Of a DNA stretch of 64,000 nucleotides, positions 60,642 through 64,000 are shown piece by piece. This DNA comes from an uncultured Thermococci archaeon. Its GTDB lineage: Archaea > Methanobacteriota_B > Thermococci > Methanofastidiosales > B48-G16. Below the pieces are notes generated by a model. It was not told the DNA's origin. It searched no databases and worked only from the letters and a program-made list of their open reading frames with translations. The stretch covers positions 32,001 to 96,000 of the forward strand of contig CAZQQT010000004.1 of the NCBI GenBank assembly GCA_964595645.1, given 5' to 3'. The position numbers and the translations under genes were made by a program. How positions within the stretch are numbered: position 1 is the stretch's first letter; each line of letters opens with the position of its first letter.

Positions 60642-61643
60642 TTAAAGCAGTACCGTATCCAAGTATAGAAGCACAAGTCCGATTATTGCTGTGAGTGTTA
60701 CTGGCAGCCAAAAGATATTCGCCACTTGGTCTATCTTCAGCCGAGCAAACGATGTCCGCACCACGGTGACTGCAACGAGAATCACTGCAAATGTCTTCAC
60801 GAGGTAGAACAAGAAGTCCACCACGTATCCAGCGTACTGCGAGAGTGCAAGGTACTGTGAGATGCCATAGGGAAAGAACAGTGCAACGACCACAGAGCCC
60901 ATTGCTATCATCTTCACTGCATCTGCAATGTAAAACATACCAAGGTTCTTTCCTGTATACTCTACGAGGAGACCTCCTGCAATCTCCGTTTCTGCTTCCG
61001 GTACATCGAACGGAATCTTCGAAAGCTCGATAGGGGTAACCACGAGAAGTACACCAAGAAGTATGAGGAGTCCAATAAATCCAAAGACACCCACATCGTT
61101 CCACAATGGGTTGTTTGCGATGAACGCCATGCTGAACACGTTCTCGCCTGGATAAAGCTCACTCAGTCTCCATACCATCCCAATCACGGTCACTGCCAGC
61201 GGGAACTCATAACTTATCATTACCACCATTTCTCGCTGGGCACCCACCGTTGCATAGGGTGAGGAAGACGCAAACCCACCAAGTATCAGACAGATGGCCG
61301 GGAACATTAGGAGGTACAGTATCAGAATAAGATCTCCTTTAGTTGAGAGTATTGGCTCAACGCCCAGCGGTAGATACAGTAGCACAGTTGTCACCGAGAC
61401 CAGTGACACAATAGGCATCAGGTTGAATACCCAGTCCACCGCGTTCTCCGGGACGAGGTTGTCCTTCAGCATCAGTTTCCTCACATCTCTAAAAGGCTGT
61501 GTAATCGGTGGTCCTACTCTCATCTGCATTCTCGCGTGAAGCTTTCTATCAATACCTTTGTACAGCAGACCTACGATGATCCCTAACGCTGCTACACCGA
61601 GTGCGCCGAGTATGGATTTCGCAATTAATATCGTATCAATCAT
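60642..61643 (-). CDS. NuoH/MbhM-like membrane subunit
   Basis: RKLHARMQMRVGPP, PFDVPEAETEIAGG..VEY, ARLKIDQ. Confidence 0.92.
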   Translation of the reverse strand: MIDTILIAKSILGALGVAALGIIVGLLYKGIDRKLHARMQMRVGPPITQPFRDVRKLMLKDNLVPENAVDWVFNLMPIVSLVSVTTVLLYLPLGVEPILSTKGDLILILYLLMFPAICLILGGFASSSPYATVGAQREMVVMISYEFPLAVTVIGMVWRLSELYPGENVFSMAFIANNPLWNDVGVFGFIGLLILLGVLLVVTPIELSKIPFDVPEAETEIAGGLLVEYTGKNLGMFYIADAVKMIAMGSVVVALFFPYGISQYLALSQYAGYVVDFLFYLVKTFAVILVAVTVVRTSFARLKIDQVANIFWLPVTLTAIIGLVLLYLDTVLL

Positions 61644-61644
61644 A

Positions 61645-61989
61645 TTAGAACCCTCCTATCACGATAAGTATCGCCGCCAGTGCAATCACAAGCCAGCCAA
61701 CGTAATCGTTGACATTCCCTGTGTGTCCCTTTATCAACGGTGTGTAGTACGATTTCAGTGCCTCTGTAAATCCCCAGTAGACATTATCTGCCTTTACATG
61801 CGTCTCTTCCGTTGCCATTTCATTGCCGGAGAGGAAGGGTTTCCCTTTATCTTCTCTGGATTTTACCGTCTTTCCTCCTCCAGTGTAAATAAGGTAGGAG
61901 ATGACAGCGATCACTGCGAGGCCGAGCAGCCAGTACAGTGCGCTCCATGCACCATATCCTGTTTCTAGCGTTCCTATCATTTTAAGCAC
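61645..61989 (-). CDS. MbhI-like small membrane subunit
   Basis: PFLSGN, HTGNVNDYV. Confidence 0.75.
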   Translation of the reverse strand: MLKMIGTLETGYGAWSALYWLLGLAVIAVISYLIYTGGGKTVKSREDKGKPFLSGNEMATEETHVKADNVYWGFTEALKSYYTPLIKGHTGNVNDYVGWLVIALAAILIVIGGF

Positions 61990-63529
61990 CTCCTATGACT
62001 GCAGTTATGTAATCTGCGTGGTCTATTAGTGCGTTTACTGCTGGTGACACGATTTTGTCCACTACCACGTCCGGGAAGAGTCCGAACGCCACGACGATGA
62101 TCGAGAGCACGAGCATTGAGAACACCATTGTCTTCGGCTCTTTTTTCACTGCGGTAAGTCTTGGTCCGAGGAACGCACTCTGGAATATCTTAACAAATAT
62201 CGCCAGAGTGAGGATACTCACCAGGATCGCAATGACCGAGAGTATCGGACTGAACTTGTAGACAGACTCGTAGATAATCAGCTTGGAAGCAAATCCATTG
62301 AATGGCGGCAGTCCGGCAATGGCTCCAGCACCGATAACGAAAAACACCGCAGTATACTTCATGTCATGCGCGAGACCTCCTAGTTCATTGAGGTTTCGTT
62401 TTCCTGTGCAATAAATGATTGCACCGGCTGTGAGGAACAGCAGTCCTTTGTACATTGCATCATTGAGTAGGTGGAAAATACTTCCTTCCATCGCCTTCAC
62501 GCCGTACTCCTGGAGCGCAGGCGTTCCCAATGTCGCCAGTCCAACACCGGCGCCCAGAAGCATGTACCCAATTTGGGATACGGCACCATAGGCGATGAGT
62601 CGCTTTATCTTATTCTGCACCAGTGCCATAGTTACACCAATGAACATGGAGAGGACTCCAAGAATCACAATCACCCATCCGATTGTCTCCGCAGAAATAG
62701 TCATTCCATAGAGTGTGAAGACAACGCGGAAAAGTCCGTAGAGTGCCGCCTGAGTGTTGACCAGAAGAATCAGCGTGATGGGTGCTGGTGCTTCGGCATA
62801 CGCATCTGGTACCCACATGTGTACAGGCACGGATCCTGCCTTCATAGCTAATCCTATCACGAAAAGCCCCAGTGCAACTTTGTCCAGCATCGTGTACTCG
62901 ATCCGTGAGGCCAATATTGCGATATTCAGTGCATCGTACTCTCCGTAGAGAATCCCTACACCGAAGAGAAACACCAGCGCACCGAGCGTATACAGTACCA
63001 TCGTCTTATAGGCTGCCTCGATTGACTCTCCTCTGTAGACTCTAAAGCCGATAAGTCCACAGGCTGCAATGGATGTCACTTCGAGGAACACGAAGAAGTT
63101 GAACATGTCCCCGGTGAACTCCAGACCGAACATTCCCGCAGTAAGAAGCAAGAGTAAGGTGTAGTACTTTCCTTTGCCCGTCTCCTTATCCACGAAGGCC
63201 CATGAGTAGATGGCTCCGAGGAATGTGACGACTGCGGTAATGACGCCCATGAGAATGGACATCCCATCCACTTCAAGAATAATCCGCACAGGCATCCTAT
63301 ATCCTGAAGGGAGTGGTATTCCTGGAGAGCTCCCTCCCATTGTGTAGACGAAGATACCGTTGCTGAGGACCTCCTGTGCCAGAAGCCCCACAAGACCGAG
63401 TACAACGCCCAGAATACCAATTACAAAAATATTTCTCAGTTTATCGTCTATCTTGCTTATCAGTGGTGTTGCAAAAGCTGCCAAAAGCGGCAGTCCTACA
63501 ATAATTGCAGGCAAGTGGTCAGTAATCAT
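61982..63529 (-). CDS. MrpD/MbhH-like antiporter subunit
   Basis: DMFNFFVFLE, PVHMWVPDAY, KRLIAY, GLPPFNGFASK. Confidence 0.93.
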   Translation of the reverse strand: MITDHLPAIIVGLPLLAAFATPLISKIDDKLRNIFVIGILGVVLGLVGLLAQEVLSNGIFVYTMGGSSPGIPLPSGYRMPVRIILEVDGMSILMGVITAVVTFLGAIYSWAFVDKETGKGKYYTLLLLLTAGMFGLEFTGDMFNFFVFLEVTSIAACGLIGFRVYRGESIEAAYKTMVLYTLGALVFLFGVGILYGEYDALNIAILASRIEYTMLDKVALGLFVIGLAMKAGSVPVHMWVPDAYAEAPAPITLILLVNTQAALYGLFRVVFTLYGMTISAETIGWVIVILGVLSMFIGVTMALVQNKIKRLIAYGAVSQIGYMLLGAGVGLATLGTPALQEYGVKAMEGSIFHLLNDAMYKGLLFLTAGAIIYCTGKRNLNELGGLAHDMKYTAVFFVIGAGAIAGLPPFNGFASKLIIYESVYKFSPILSVIAILVSILTLAIFVKIFQSAFLGPRLTAVKKEPKTMVFSMLVLSIIVVAFGLFPDVVVDKIVSPAVNALIDHADYITAVIGGA

Positions 63530-63870
63530 CCTTTCAACCTCCGTACCTTCGATGCATTTACCGTACCATAGTGCTTATAGATAAGGATCGCGAAGGAGAG
63601 AATTAATGCCGTGGTAGCCAGTCCAATAACAATACTCGTTAGTGTCAGCGCCTGAGGTGTCGGCAGTACCATCTCTTCCTTTGCCGCCATGGTGTAGATG
63701 GGAGCCACCGCATCGGATCGATATCCGAGGGTAATTAAAAACAGGTTCACTCCACATTCCACCAAGTTCAATCCTATCGCTATTTTTATCAGATTTCGTT
63801 TGAACACAAGAGTATAGAGTCCAAGAATCACTAGTAACGCACAGACAATGAATGGTATATTTCCTATCAT
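63526..63870 (-). CDS. MrpC/MbhG-like subunit
   Basis: NLIKIAIGL, PTPQALTLTSIVIG. Confidence 0.93.
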   Translation of the reverse strand: MIGNIPFIVCALLVILGLYTLVFKRNLIKIAIGLNLVECGVNLFLITLGYRSDAVAPIYTMAAKEEMVLPTPQALTLTSIVIGLATTALILSFAILIYKHYGTVNASKVRRLKG

Positions 63871-64000
63871 TCTTCATCACCCCTCTTTATACCGTACATC
63901 ATGAGGAGTACAATGCTCCCTAGTCCTGCGAGAACCTTCAATCCCACCGCCCAGTTCAATAATGGCAGAACGCCCCCGGTATTGAGGTTGCCCGGGTTTA
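63867..64000 (-). CDS. MrpB/MbhF-like subunit, C-terminal part
   Basis: Manual translation NPGNLNTGGVLPLLNWAVGLKVLAGLGSIVLLMMYGIKRGDEE*. Confidence 0.85.
   Translation of the reverse strand, partial: NPGNLNTGGVLPLLNWAVGLKVLAGLGSIVLLMMYGIKRGDEE

Overview
Gene-dense chromosomal segment of an anaerobic euryarchaeon. Evidence: GGTGA Shine-Dalgarno sites, BRE/TATA promoters, archaeal r-proteins, rpoN and dnaG, an S-layer-like protein and Mbh-type subunits. Thermococci-like genes (DUF3201, an enolase-like gene in the rpoN-rps2 cluster, Mbh) occur beside bacterial-type gyrB, uvrA and citrate lyase, which suggests a mesophilic Thermococci relative such as Theionarchaea/Methanofastidiosa (inference). 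The window is mostly housekeeping; I found no CRISPR array, transposase, integrase or rRNA. Features the ORF track misses: partial uvrA, two paralogous 52-aa ribbon-helix-helix genes, tRNA-Leu(UAA), tRNA-Pro(GGG), the true N-terminus of an amber-interrupted membrane regulator, and partial mbhF. Best leads: (1) a canonical kink-turn hairpin filling the 5' leader of the rpl18e-rpl13-rps9-rpoN operon and abutting its Shine-Dalgarno; (2) a CitD-CitE fusion lacking the prosthetic-group serine, in a citDE-citF-HD operon without citC/G/X; (3) a divergent ArsR/DUF4097 pair sharing a SHOCT-like helix around an 18-bp palindrome; (4) degenerate KaiC-like domains coupled to an MglA/CvnD-type GTPase; (5) a CBS-HPF hibernation factor in an hsp20/cdc48 stress locus; (6) twin RHH regulators flanking a pilin-peptidase-glnA block. 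All family calls are by-eye motif recognition; no searches were run.
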